Shown in pieces: positions 8,256-18,000 of a stretch of DNA of 54,990 nt. Location: positions 1-54,990 of IMG/VR virus record IMGVR_UViG_3300049098_000031; one strand, 5' to 3'. Each line of letters opens with the position of its first letter. Position 1 is the stretch's first letter. The position numbers and the translations under genes were made by a program. The notes under the pieces were generated by a model, which was given only the letters and a program-made list of their open reading frames with translations, was not told where the DNA came from and did no database searches. The DNA is from a virus. Taxonomy: Duplodnaviria; Caudoviricetes.

Positions 8256-10559
8256 TCACGATTCATCCCCTTGATTTCCTTCGTCTTTTTCGTCATCAAC
8301 GGAGGAACGAGGATTTTCGTTTGCGTTCCTCCGTTCCGGCGCTTTTTTCAGGCGCAGAAAGCGCTGCCATCGACCGCCTTTGTCGCTGCGTTTACCCGAC
8401 ACGCGCTCCTTCTCGATCTCGATACAACCCTCGTCAACCAACAGGCGCACGGCCTCCTGCCACAACAACTGGCTCGCCTCTGTCTTCATGCGCTGTTGCA
8501 GGAATCGCAGGTTCAGTCTGCCATTCTTGATGTCATCACCGAACTCTGGATGGTTGGCGTTGCTTGCCATCAGGTGATTGGCTCGCTCGTAAACGTACAT
8601 GTAAATCTGATCCATGTCAGGGTGATGGCCAACCCAGTCATACACGCCAGTTTCCACCTTGTAGATGCGCTTTTTATCAACAGCCGATGTGATCTGATTG
8701 CGTACATTTTTCTCAGTCTTATCAAGAGCTTCCGCAATATCCTTCACGTTCGTTGCGCCATGGTCACGCAAGTAATCCACAACGGAACCAGCGGCTGTCT
8801 TGTCCCGCACCCTGATCTCCTCCTCCCTGAGCAGGTGCGTCACGTCTTCGAGCAGGCCGGTGATCTTGTTGCGGTGCAGCCAATGCGTACTGACGTCGCC
8901 GCCGAAGTTCTCCTTGCCCAAGCCGCCCATGAAGATGGCGTTGTTGACGGTCACGTCGAACCTGTCCGGGTCGATCTCAGCCAGCTTGGCCATGACGGTT
9001 TCAGCGATGTCATCGTTCGGACGCCAGATCGGGATGGCGAAACGCGCACTGTTGACCACGTTCGACGCGCCCCTGATCTTGCCCACAGCGCCCTGTGGCG
9101 TGGTCGGTGAGTGCATCCCCCCGTCTTCCTTGCGCAGGTGGTGCGTGAAGACGACAGCGGCCCCTGTGGCCACTGCGATGGACTGCGCCCACTTCATTGC
9201 CTTGTCCGCAGCGATGTTGTCCTCATCGAAGCGCCAGTCGAAGAAGGACTGCATCGGATCGATGACGAGCAGGGCCAAATCCTTGTAGCCGATGACGGTA
9301 TCCGGCAGGTCTTTCGTCAGGACTTCACGCCATGAGTGCGCCTCCGGCGTGAACTCCAGCGCATCGAACTTCTTCACGCCAAAACTCATCGTGTTCTCCA
9401 TCTCCGGCACGCTGATGATCGTCAGCCCCTCGCCCATAAAGACGCGCCTGTACGTAGGGTCGAGCGACATCAGGCGGCGTGAGATTTCGTGTGCGTCATC
9501 TTCGCCAAGGAACAGGATTGAGCGCCCACGCTTGCGCACACGATGGCCCATCCATTCAACCTCGTCATCCTCGCTGTACATCGACACCTTGACGGCCAAA
9601 TCCAGCAGCATGAACGTCTTGCCGACGCCACCGGGCGATGCCAGTACGCCGGGGAGTCCTGCCGGTATGATTTTGTCAACGAGATACTCACGCTCAGGCG
9701 GATCGATGTCGAAGTAGGTTGCCGTACTCAGGCTGATGAGCGCCTTGTTCTCAGCCATGGCGATCTCGGCATCGGAGCGCACGGCCTTGATCCTCTGCCC
9801 CCTGCTGTTGAACTCGTCTGGGTTGTTCGCCTTGTGCAGGTTCATGACCGACTTGGTAATCGTGATGATCTCGTCCTTCGTCAGCGGAGGATTGCAGCGT
9901 TTCTCGTTCTCTGCCCACACGAGACGCAGAATGTCCTTGCCCCACTTGTCATCGTGTTCATTGATGATGGCACCGGCAACGCGCGTCATGCCATCGTTGC
10001 GTTCGCCAGCGCCGAACTCGGCCTTGATACCTTCACGTTCTGTGTCCTCGAAGTCGACCTCTTCCTGCTTGCCGACGTGACCGTACACCCACGGGTGCAT
10101 CTCAGCGTGCATGTACGTCAGCGTGGTTCCGGGTATCAAGTCCCACTTGTAGTTCTTGCTCGGCGCCACCTTCACGTAGCCGCCGTCACCACGTACGTCG
10201 ACGCCTTCGATGCCCATCCAGTTGGTCGTGTTCTTGACCTCGTGGCCGGGATGGGAGAAGAAGATGTGATGCCCCCTTCTCGTACGTGCCTGTATTGGAG
10301 ACACAATGCCTTCGGACAGCATGCGCTCATACGCTTCTTCGTTGTCACAATCCACGACGACAAGGTTTGATACCTCGCCGGTGACGACACCGATCTCGGC
10401 CTCTGGCCAGTGGCTCCACCACTCTTCGATCATGCCCTCGTCTGCTGGTTCCTGCTGAAATCTCCGCCACTTGGCCAGTGGTCGCTTGCTTGTCGGGCTG
10501 ATCGGGATCACCGACAGGCCAATCTCGGCATACTGGAGTGCGTAGTCTTTGTTGCTCAT
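8256..10559 (-). CDS. primase-polymerase (Prim-Pol) + PriCT + RepA/AAA_25-type helicase + winged helix
   Basis: SKRPL..W, GVVTG..VVVDCD, RRGHH, DVRGDGGYV..APS; GERND; Walker A SPGGVGKT; LLVIDP; HHLRK, RGAS. Confidence 0.9.
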   Translation of the reverse strand: MSNKDYALQYAEIGLSVIPISPTSKRPLAKWRRFQQEPADEGMIEEWWSHWPEAEIGVVTGEVSNLVVVDCDNEEAYERMLSEGIVSPIQARTRRGHHIFFSHPGHEVKNTTNWMGIEGVDVRGDGGYVKVAPSKNYKWDLIPGTTLTYMHAEMHPWVYGHVGKQEEVDFEDTEREGIKAEFGAGERNDGMTRVAGAIINEHDDKWGKDILRLVWAENEKRCNPPLTKDEIITITKSVMNLHKANNPDEFNSRGQRIKAVRSDAEIAMAENKALISLSTATYFDIDPPEREYLVDKIIPAGLPGVLASPGGVGKTFMLLDLAVKVSMYSEDDEVEWMGHRVRKRGRSILFLGEDDAHEISRRLMSLDPTYRRVFMGEGLTIISVPEMENTMSFGVKKFDALEFTPEAHSWREVLTKDLPDTVIGYKDLALLVIDPMQSFFDWRFDEDNIAADKAMKWAQSIAVATGAAVVFTHHLRKEDGGMHSPTTPQGAVGKIRGASNVVNSARFAIPIWRPNDDIAETVMAKLAEIDPDRFDVTVNNAIFMGGLGKENFGGDVSTHWLHRNKITGLLEDVTHLLREEEIRVRDKTAAGSVVDYLRDHGATNVKDIAEALDKTEKNVRNQITSAVDKKRIYKVETGVYDWVGHHPDMDQIYMYVYERANHLMASNANHPEFGDDIKNGRLNLRFLQQRMKTEASQLLWQEAVRLLVDEGCIEIEKERVSGKRSDKGGRWQRFLRLKKAPERRNANENPRSSVDDEKDEGNQGDES

Positions 10560-10571
10560 GTGTGTGTTTCC

Positions 10572-10772
10572 TCAGTCGTTGATAAAATAATCGTCCACCT
10601 TCAGGTCAGGACGGGCTTGCTTGATGGCTGCGATCAGGATGGTGTTCATGTGACCCTGCTCTATCCACCGGTATGGTCTGGTGCGCATCTTGCCTGTCAT
10701 TTTGGCTACTTCACGTGCGCCACCGGCGTCATCTATGAAGCGTTTGATGTCGAACCGCATCTGCTTTTTCAT
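10572..10772 (-). CDS. Cro-like HTH protein
   Basis: FIDDAGGAREVAKMTG...PYRW; GAGG upstream; first gene of a divergent operon. Confidence 0.7.
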   Translation of the reverse strand: MKKQMRFDIKRFIDDAGGAREVAKMTGKMRTRPYRWIEQGHMNTILIAAIKQARPDLKVDDYFIND

Positions 10773-10788
10773 TCTCGTAAATTTCCTC

Positions 10789-10840
10789 TTGCAATCAGGC
10801 TCAGTGCCGCATAATATACAGCACTCGAACAACAAAGCAA
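10789..10840. promoter_or_regulatory. overlapping divergent sigma70-type promoters with operator-like inverted repeat
   Basis: + TTGCAA-N17-TAATAT (10789-10817); - TTGCTT-N16-TATATT (10840-10813); AGTGCCG-N9-CAGCACT (10803-10825). Confidence 0.6.
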
Positions 10841-10853
10841 GCCAACACACCAG

Positions 10854-11255
10854 ATGAATAGACCAATAGATGAAGACGAACTCGACCAACTCGCGCAGGA
10901 ATACCTGCATTGTATCGAAGCCAAGAAGGGCATCGACCAGCTACTCAGGGAAGTGAAGCAAAAGATTTCCACCTACAAAGCAACACCCGCCCCCGGCGCA
11001 GAAGCGCATTTCTCTGGCAAACGATACGATGTCGTTGTCAAGAAAGCGGCGCGTTATAAATGGGATGAGGATATGGTGGAAGCAGCGGCCAAGAATGATG
11101 ATGCAATCGATGCCATCGTCAAGCACAAGGTAACGGTCGACACCAAGAAACTCGACTCCCTGCCAACCAAGTCGCTCACGCACCTGCTCGGTTATGCCGA
11201 CATCACCGACGGAATGATCACCGTCAAGATCACAGAGAAAGAGGAAAACGAATGA
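10854..11255 (+). CDS. hypothetical protein of the recombination module
   Basis: N-terminal coiled coil; sits before Sak4-like ATPase and SSB. Confidence 0.75.
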   Translation: MNRPIDEDELDQLAQEYLHCIEAKKGIDQLLREVKQKISTYKATPAPGAEAHFSGKRYDVVVKKAARYKWDEDMVEAAAKNDDAIDAIVKHKVTVDTKKLDSLPTKSLTHLLGYADITDGMITVKITEKEENE

Positions 11256-12049
11256 CATTCACACCAATGAAGACCGATGATGATGCCATCATCGATGCGT
11301 CGAAGACGCTCGTGTACGCACTGCACGGGTTCGGCAAGACAACCCAGTGCCGGTACTATCAGGAGGCATTTGGCAAGGGGTTCATCCTGTCTGGAGAGGG
11401 AGGGCTGCGTTCCATCAGCGACGTCGGCATCGATTACCTGCCGTTCTCGTCATGGGATGGCAAGCACGATCCAGAAGCAGGCGTGTACTCGTTCCGTGGC
11501 ATCTGCAAGATGATCCAGTCTCCTGATTTCAAGAAGGCTGGCTACAAGTGGATCGCCATCGACTCTTTGACTGAGGCCAGCGACTTGCTGTTCAAGGAAC
11601 TGGAGCAGAAGTTCAAGGACGACAAGAACGGTTTCAAGATGTGGGGCGAGTTCGCACGCCAGATGATCGGCTCACTCAAGTGGGTACGCGATCTCGGCTA
11701 CCACGTACTCGTAACGGCGCTGGCCAAGGACGAGGAAGACGACAACGGTCGCACGACCTTCTGGCCGCACGTACACGGCAAGGCAGCGGCCAAACAAATT
11801 CCTGCACTGTTCGATCACGTGTTCGCAGGCGTACGGGAAACCATCCATGAAGACGATGGAAGTATCCGTGTCGTACGCAAGCTATACAGTGACGAGGTGT
11901 ACGGATACCACGGCAAGATACGCGATCCGTTGCGGCGTATCCCGCCCGTAATCCACGAGGCCAACATTGCGGCTGTACTGGAAGCCATGAACTACGACAG
12001 CGACGATTTTGATAAGTGGCTTGCAAGCCACGAAGGAGAATACGCATGA
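11252..12049 (+). CDS. AAA_24 / Sak4-like ATPase (putative single-strand annealing protein)
   Basis: LVYALHGFGKTT, EGGL, IAIDSLT, IPALFD; next to SSB and exonuclease. Confidence 0.8.
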   Translation: MTFTPMKTDDDAIIDASKTLVYALHGFGKTTQCRYYQEAFGKGFILSGEGGLRSISDVGIDYLPFSSWDGKHDPEAGVYSFRGICKMIQSPDFKKAGYKWIAIDSLTEASDLLFKELEQKFKDDKNGFKMWGEFARQMIGSLKWVRDLGYHVLVTALAKDEEDDNGRTTFWPHVHGKAAAKQIPALFDHVFAGVRETIHEDDGSIRVVRKLYSDEVYGYHGKIRDPLRRIPPVIHEANIAAVLEAMNYDSDDFDKWLASHEGEYA

Positions 12050-12576
12050 GTGATTTTGATTTTTCCCAACTCGACCTGAGCGAATATGAAGTCGACAGCG
12101 GTGAGGAGCGCCTGCGTGCAGGTAGATACATCTGCAAGGTGACTGAGGCCAAGGTCGAACCGATGAAGAGCAAGAACGGGTACACGCTTGTTCTGCGCCT
12201 TGAAGACAAGGTGACTGGCCACGGCAGCATACCGATGTTCATTACCGTCAAGCACAGCAAGAGCGCCAAGGCGCAACAAATCGGGCTTGCGCAGGTAAAG
12301 ACACTGGCCACGCATGGCGGCTTGCCCAACCCTGACAAGGTCGGAGACGTGAAGAACCTCGTCGGCCTTGAGGTAGGTGTGAAGGTATCGCCTGAGCCTT
12401 GGACTGACGACAACGGCGAAGAACGCACGGGTAGTGCCGTCGACAAGTGGCACCCGTTCTTTGATCCAGCCAAGGGCGCAACCGGCCCCGACCCCGTGGA
12501 AACGAAGGGATCGGACTCGGTAAAAACCCCGCCGCCTCCGAAGGCAGACCCATTCGACGACGACATTCCTTTCTGA
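12046..12576 (+). CDS. DUF669-like single-stranded DNA-binding protein
   Basis: LRAGRYICKVTEA N-terminus; SSB-type acidic tail DDDIPF; GGAG before ATG 12046. Confidence 0.8.
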   Translation: MSDFDFSQLDLSEYEVDSGEERLRAGRYICKVTEAKVEPMKSKNGYTLVLRLEDKVTGHGSIPMFITVKHSKSAKAQQIGLAQVKTLATHGGLPNPDKVGDVKNLVGLEVGVKVSPEPWTDDNGEERTGSAVDKWHPFFDPAKGATGPDPVETKGSDSVKTPPPPKADPFDDDIPF

Positions 12577-12676
12577 TTTCGTGTCACTCGTTGCCAAGGA
12601 CGGCTTTTTTCACCACACAGAGAACAACCAATGACTGAGATTACCTACAACAGACAATTTATCGAGGAGCAACAAG

Positions 12677-13090
12677 ATGGCTGACTCACTGGATAATCTG
12701 CACGAATCAGAGCGACGCAAGCGCGAAGCAATGAACATGATGGACGAAAGGGTTCGCGTGAGCTTCGACCCGAACAACCTGAACCAACACGAACCCGGTG
12801 CCAAGCTGGATGGCGGCAAGCCACGTATGAGCCTGATCATGAACGGCTTCGCCAGTGCATTGTACGAGGTCGCACAGGTAGGTACGTACGGTGCCGACAA
12901 GTACACCGACAACGGCTGGGTGGAAGTCCTTGATGGCGTCAGCCGTTACACCGATGCGATGTACCGGCACCTGCTGTTTGAATCATCCGAAACACACGAT
13001 CCCGAAAGCAACCTCATGCACGCCGCACATGCTGCATGGAACGCATTGGCAAGGCTGGAGCTGATGCTGCGGGAAGGTCGGCACTTGTGA
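12677..13090 (+). CDS. dATP/dGTP diphosphohydrolase-domain protein (DUF5664-like)
   Basis: GAKLDGGKPRMSL, YGADKY..NGW, RY.DAM.RH, DPESNLMHAAHAAWN. Confidence 0.85.
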   Translation: MADSLDNLHESERRKREAMNMMDERVRVSFDPNNLNQHEPGAKLDGGKPRMSLIMNGFASALYEVAQVGTYGADKYTDNGWVEVLDGVSRYTDAMYRHLLFESSETHDPESNLMHAAHAAWNALARLELMLREGRHL

Positions 13091-13968
13091 TCGAAGAGAT
13101 CGCTGATCTCGTCGAGAAGAACGAACCGGAGTCTCCCTCCGGTCGCATTACTCCAGAACACATCGAGCGCGAATACATAGGCGCATCCAGCATCGGGCAT
13201 CCATGTGAACGCATGATCGCCCTGCGCCTACGCGGCTTTCCAACCGATCCGATCCGCCCGTCCTTGAAGCGCATCTTCGAGGCTGGCCACCTGTTCGAGC
13301 GGTTGGTTGTCGATCATCTGGAGGAGTGCGTATCGTACTTCGACGAGTACGTTGTTACCGACACAGGCGCTGGCATCGAAGAGCAGCACACGTACTACTA
13401 CTACGGTGGCGCATGCCGCGCACACAGTGATGGCGTCCTGCTACACAAGAAGAGCGACGAGAAGACGCTGATTGAGATCAAGTCTGCCAACGACACGTCG
13501 TTCGGCTCGTTCGTACGCCTCGGCCTGAAATACTCGCACCAGTCCTACTACGACCAAATGCAGTTGATGATGGGCCTTGGCGAAATGAAGCATGGCCTGA
13601 TGATCATGATCAACAAGAACAACAGCCAGATGCACACGGAGGTTATCGAGTTCGACGAAGTCATCTTCGGCTACCTGACTGCACGCGTCGAGTACGTGGC
13701 ATCAGGCAAGGACGAGAAGTACGGGAAGGACGCCAACAACCCGGTGTGTAATATGTGTAGTTACACACACGCCTGCCACGACCCAATCGAGATCGACCGT
13801 AGCGAACGTACGTGCAGGCACTGCGCCTACTCGATCATCACTCCCGGCGACTATGCCTACTGCAACAACGACGACGTGCTTGAGGTAAGCGCGATACTGG
13901 AAAGAGACGAAGCACACAGAAACGCACGCACGTGCCCATACTTCACTGACTACAGGGGGAAGAAATGA
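13087..13968 (+). CDS. Cas4-like PD-(D/E)xK exonuclease with Fe-S/Zn cysteines
   Basis: IGASSIGHPCER, RIFEAGH, HSDG, IEIKS, QMQ.MM, CNMC.Y...C, CRHC; GTG start overlapping the upstream stop. Confidence 0.82.
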   Translation: MIEEIADLVEKNEPESPSGRITPEHIEREYIGASSIGHPCERMIALRLRGFPTDPIRPSLKRIFEAGHLFERLVVDHLEECVSYFDEYVVTDTGAGIEEQHTYYYYGGACRAHSDGVLLHKKSDEKTLIEIKSANDTSFGSFVRLGLKYSHQSYYDQMQLMMGLGEMKHGLMIMINKNNSQMHTEVIEFDEVIFGYLTARVEYVASGKDEKYGKDANNPVCNMCSYTHACHDPIEIDRSERTCRHCAYSIITPGDYAYCNNDDVLEVSAILERDEAHRNARTCPYFTDYRGKK

Positions 13969-14216
13969 GCGACCTTATCATGGAACACACAGCAAGCTGG
14001 GTTACGAAGAAGATACGCGACCGCGAACGCAGTAACCTGACAGACCTGCCGACAGCCGTCTTCATCACAGACGACATGAAAGAAGAACACGATATTCTGA
14101 TCCGTGGGTTATCACGCGCCCCCGGCAAGGGTTACGATTTGCTCGGCGTATACGAGAATCCGACACGTGAACTCATACTCGAAGACCTGCAAGAATTTTA
14201 CGGAGCACCCGCATGA
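13965..14216 (+). CDS. hypothetical protein
   Basis: ATGA-coupled on both sides. Confidence 0.7.
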   Translation: MSDLIMEHTASWVTKKIRDRERSNLTDLPTAVFITDDMKEEHDILIRGLSRAPGKGYDLLGVYENPTRELILEDLQEFYGAPA

Positions 14217-14848
14217 CCCAACTCATCGATCAGTATTACCACGTACCAAATGTCTTCACCGAAGCAGAGATCGGCGAGATCATCGAGCGCGGCAAGGCCA
14301 TGGCTCCAAGTCGTGCAAAGGTACTCAAGGGAGGCGTCTCTATACCTGACGTCTTTGCACGCCGCTGCAAGCAATCATGGATACAGATGCGCTACGACTC
14401 TCGCTGGATATTCAACAAGCTGTCGGATGCCGTGAACCATGCGAACGACACTTCATTCAAATACAACCTGAGCTGCATGGAGCCGCTGCATTACTTGGAG
14501 TACGGTTTTCTTGGCGGGTACGGCAAACACGTCGACAACGGCGAAGATCGTGTACGCAACCGGTTGCTTACTGCCATCGTTCCACTTACCAGCTTCAGCG
14601 AATACGTTGGCGGAGGACTGGTGATTCACGGTGATGAGTACAGCATGCCGGTCGAATTCATTTCCAACCTTGGTGACGTCATCGTGATTGACTCTGGGCT
14701 ACCACATGAAGCCAAGCCAGTATGGTGGGGCAATCGCAAGGCGCTAGTGGGGTGGTTCCGTGGGCCAACGCCGCCAGACCTGAAGCACGAAACGCTTCTC
14801 TATGACGTACCGAAACGACCGAAACGAGGCGTCAGCACATGGACGTAA
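14213..14848 (+). CDS. 2OG-Fe(II) oxygenase (prolyl-4-hydroxylase/PKHD-like)
   Basis: HVD (HxD), YVGGGL, PHEAKPV (distal H), NRKALVGW (2OG-binding R). Confidence 0.88.
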   Translation: MTQLIDQYYHVPNVFTEAEIGEIIERGKAMAPSRAKVLKGGVSIPDVFARRCKQSWIQMRYDSRWIFNKLSDAVNHANDTSFKYNLSCMEPLHYLEYGFLGGYGKHVDNGEDRVRNRLLTAIVPLTSFSEYVGGGLVIHGDEYSMPVEFISNLGDVIVIDSGLPHEAKPVWWGNRKALVGWFRGPTPPDLKHETLLYDVPKRPKRGVSTWT

Positions 14849-15054
14849 ACTTGATCTTGACGCTTGGCCACCGCAGGGAACATCCGACGATTACCAAGGG
14901 CGCTAGATTTACGATTGCCGAAGGCGAGCCAGTAAACGAGGAATCGCTTGCCAAGGTACATAAGCAGATCGAACACGCCGTACGCCTGATGATGGCGGAG
15001 ATACAGGAGGAGGTTGCCCCAGAGGGCACGCCTCCCCCGATCACGTTCGATTAA
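14839..15054 (+). CDS. hypothetical protein
   Basis: GAGG upstream; last gene of + operon. Confidence 0.6.
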   Translation: MDVNLILTLGHRREHPTITKGARFTIAEGEPVNEESLAKVHKQIEHAVRLMMAEIQEEVAPEGTPPPITFD

Positions 15055-18000
15055 TCGAAGCCGCTATCGAATCCACCCTTGAATCCATCGGTGAAGGACT
15101 TACCCCATCCTCCGCCTTTGGATTTCTTCTTGGGTGCCTCTCCCGCCATCAGGTCGACCATCGACTCTCGTGCCGCCTTGACGCCTCCAACAAGCGGTAC
15201 GCGTCCGACCGCCTCACGAGCCGCCGCACGTTCCTTGGAGTTGCTATCGCTGGTTCCCCAGCCAAGCGTATCCAGCCCTGCCTCCTTCGCCCCGCCCAGT
15301 ATCTTCATGGCGGAGAACCCGGTGCCGACTGTCGGGCCAAGGATAGTCCCTGCTACCCTTGCTTCGCCGTACGCGCCGTTGTCTGCCTGAGCGACGACGT
15401 CGTGGATGACCTCGGCGAGGAAGCCGAAGCCACCTGCTGCACCAAGTCCCTCGAAGTACCAACCAAGGTAGCCGTCCCAGTCGCCATGCACTTCTTCGTC
15501 GTAGCCGATGGCTTTCATGAAGCTGCGCTCACGAAACGCTGCTGACCTGTCGTCTTCGCCACCACGCATCTGCACCACGTCCTTGACTCCCAGTGCGGCA
15601 GCGCCCATAGCTGGAGCCATGGTGAGCAGGTAGCCCGGTCGCTTCATGTAGCGCGGATCACCAGTACGGAAGAACTTCTTCACGTCCTTGATCATCACGT
15701 CCTTGACCAGCCTGCCCATCATGAGAGGGAACGACTTGAGTTGCCAGAACAGTGCGCCAATCGGCGTTTGATATACGATTGGAATGTCGTTCGGGTTCGG
15801 CGAGAAGATTGTGTCGTTGGCGAACTTGATCATGCCCTTCGATACTGCTACGTCTTCAGGGTTGAGTTCCTTGCCGGGGTTTTCGAGGTAGTCTTCCAGC
15901 CCGTACTTCTTCAGCATACGGTGTGCGTACTTGTATGCAGCCGGTTGGTTGGCCAAGGGTGCGCCATCAACCTTCGCCATCAACGCTTTACGTCGCTGCG
16001 TCTCAAACATACTCAGCGCAATCGAGCCGGAAATCCCACGCCACATGTCAGTCCACGGCGTCAGCATGGTCGCGTTGAAGAACGCGTTCTGCGCCTTGCC
16101 GATTTTTCCAGCAGCGTCTGCTGCGTACAGACCAATCATGCGACTGTGAAGCTGGTTCTCGATAGCGACACCAGTCTGCTTGATCATGTCCCTGAACTCA
16201 CCATCAGACGCGTACTTGGTGATCCCTCTGATCCAGTCCTGCATGCTGCCAGACCGAATGAGCGGCAGGGTTGTGTCAGGAATAGAGGTCAGCGTGGTAA
16301 ACGTCAACAGCGAGATGTTGTTGAACGCACGCATCGCACGGCTGGAGTGGATTGCCTTGTCGGATGACAGCTTGTTGACCTGCTTGCCTTGGATCGCGCG
16401 CATGGTTCCCTCGGCGTGCTTGAACTCGTCGTGGTGCATACGGGTGGGGTTGCCACCTTCGTCCAGCTCGAAGTCGCGCATACCGTTGACGATAGCATCG
16501 ACACGACGCTCGTAAGTCTTCGAGGTTCTATCCGGCGGCATCATCTCCATGAGCATCTGCCGTGCAGAAGCGGTGCCACCGTCGCCACGGACAGCGGCCA
16601 GTACCTTCTTGGCTGCCTCTTTCGCCTCGAACTCATTCGAGAATGGCATGTCGACGCGCAGTGAAATCTCGCCAGTCTCGTACGGTGAGTCGTCTCCAGC
16701 GCCAATGATCTGCCCCTTGATCTTCTTGGTAAAGACGCGGGGGCTACTCAGCAGGCGGGCAACGCCGTCCAGACCTTCCTGTCCAACCGTCATGTAATCA
16801 GCGTACGCGTGCATGTTAGTGCCGACACGCTTGGTCTGATGCAGGCGCTTGGTTGCGCCGTCCAGATACTTAACCATGATGACATCGAGGTTGTTCTGGA
16901 GATACGGTTCAAGCACGTCGTACATGCCCGGATGCTGATCGAGTCGGATGAGACGCTGGAAGTCGAGGTTGTCTGCGACCCCAACTGCGTGCGTAACTGG
17001 AGGTGGCACGTACAGGCCATCGTCGCCAACAATCTTGGCAGCCACATGCTCGGCCACCTCACGAGCAGATGCACGCGTACGATCCGGCTTCTCTGCCATG
17101 TAGTAACTTGTCAGCTTTTCGATGAAGTCATCGTGGTTGCCCTTGATTGCTTCAGAGTTCCAGACCTGCGGTACGTAGTCCTTGATGTTTCCGACCATCG
17201 CGCCTTCATTACTCAGTTCCTTGTGAACCTGATCGAACGTATCCCTGATTACGTTGTAGACCTGAAGTTCTTCGTTGCTCAACTGCTTGTAGTGACGTGA
17301 CATGCGACCACGACGCAGCGCTTGCATGATGCGGGTATGCGATTCTGGTTGCTTCTCCATGTCAGCCAGCGGATTCGAGCGTCCCATCCAGCGCTTCATG
17401 GCGTTCGGCGCATCCGGCAGGTTCATCAGCAAGCGGTTGATCGGCATGTAGCGTGAAGCAAACTCATGCTGCGTGGAGGGAGAGAAGTCTTCCACGTAGT
17501 CAGCCAGCCAGTTCATCCCCATCTTGCGCATGCGTGCGCTGTTCGCACCAAGCGTACGGTCGAGGATAGATGCGGCACGCGCATCTTCAAGCTCCCTCTC
17601 GCTCAGTGCGCGGCCCCGGAATATGGAACGAGCAGCGTTGACGAACCCTTTCGGTGTGCCGCTCTCCTCGAGGCTTTGCAGCAGTGCTGGTACGTCGTTC
17701 TCCAGCGACTCGCCGTTGATCATGCGCTTCGCAACGCTGGCGTTGACCGGCTCTTGCAACGGCTCGCTGTAGTAGAGGCGATTGTCAGTCTCGTCGAAGA
17801 ACTTTGCATCCTGATGCTTGACGCTGTACGCAGGCGAACGCGGCTTGCCGTCCTCCCCCATCGTCTCGATCAAGACCATCGTGCGGTGTGCCTTCTTGTA
17901 GCCGTCGACGGTGTTGTAGTGGATCGTATCGATAGAGTCGTAGCCTTGTTCACCAAGATACTTGGTCAGCATGTTACGGGCAGTCGTCGGCTCGATGCCT

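Noticed and set aside
8109-9110. Long antisense or alternative-frame ORFs (e.g. 2999-4024, 8109-9110, 42428-43405, 46148-46714, 51687-52766)
   Set aside because: Shadows of real genes in GC-rich DNA; no RBS or recognisable motifs
12593-12610. Terminator after the SSB gene (GCC-AAGGAC-GGC-T6)
   Set aside because: Only a 3-bp stem; too weak to call
12677-13090. Z-base (2-aminoadenine) genome
   Set aside because: No PurZ or dedicated polymerase visible; the domain alone is insufficient
13087-13968. CRISPR-Cas locus suggested by the Cas4-like gene
   Set aside because: No repeat-spacer array or other cas genes; it sits in a Sak4/SSB recombination module
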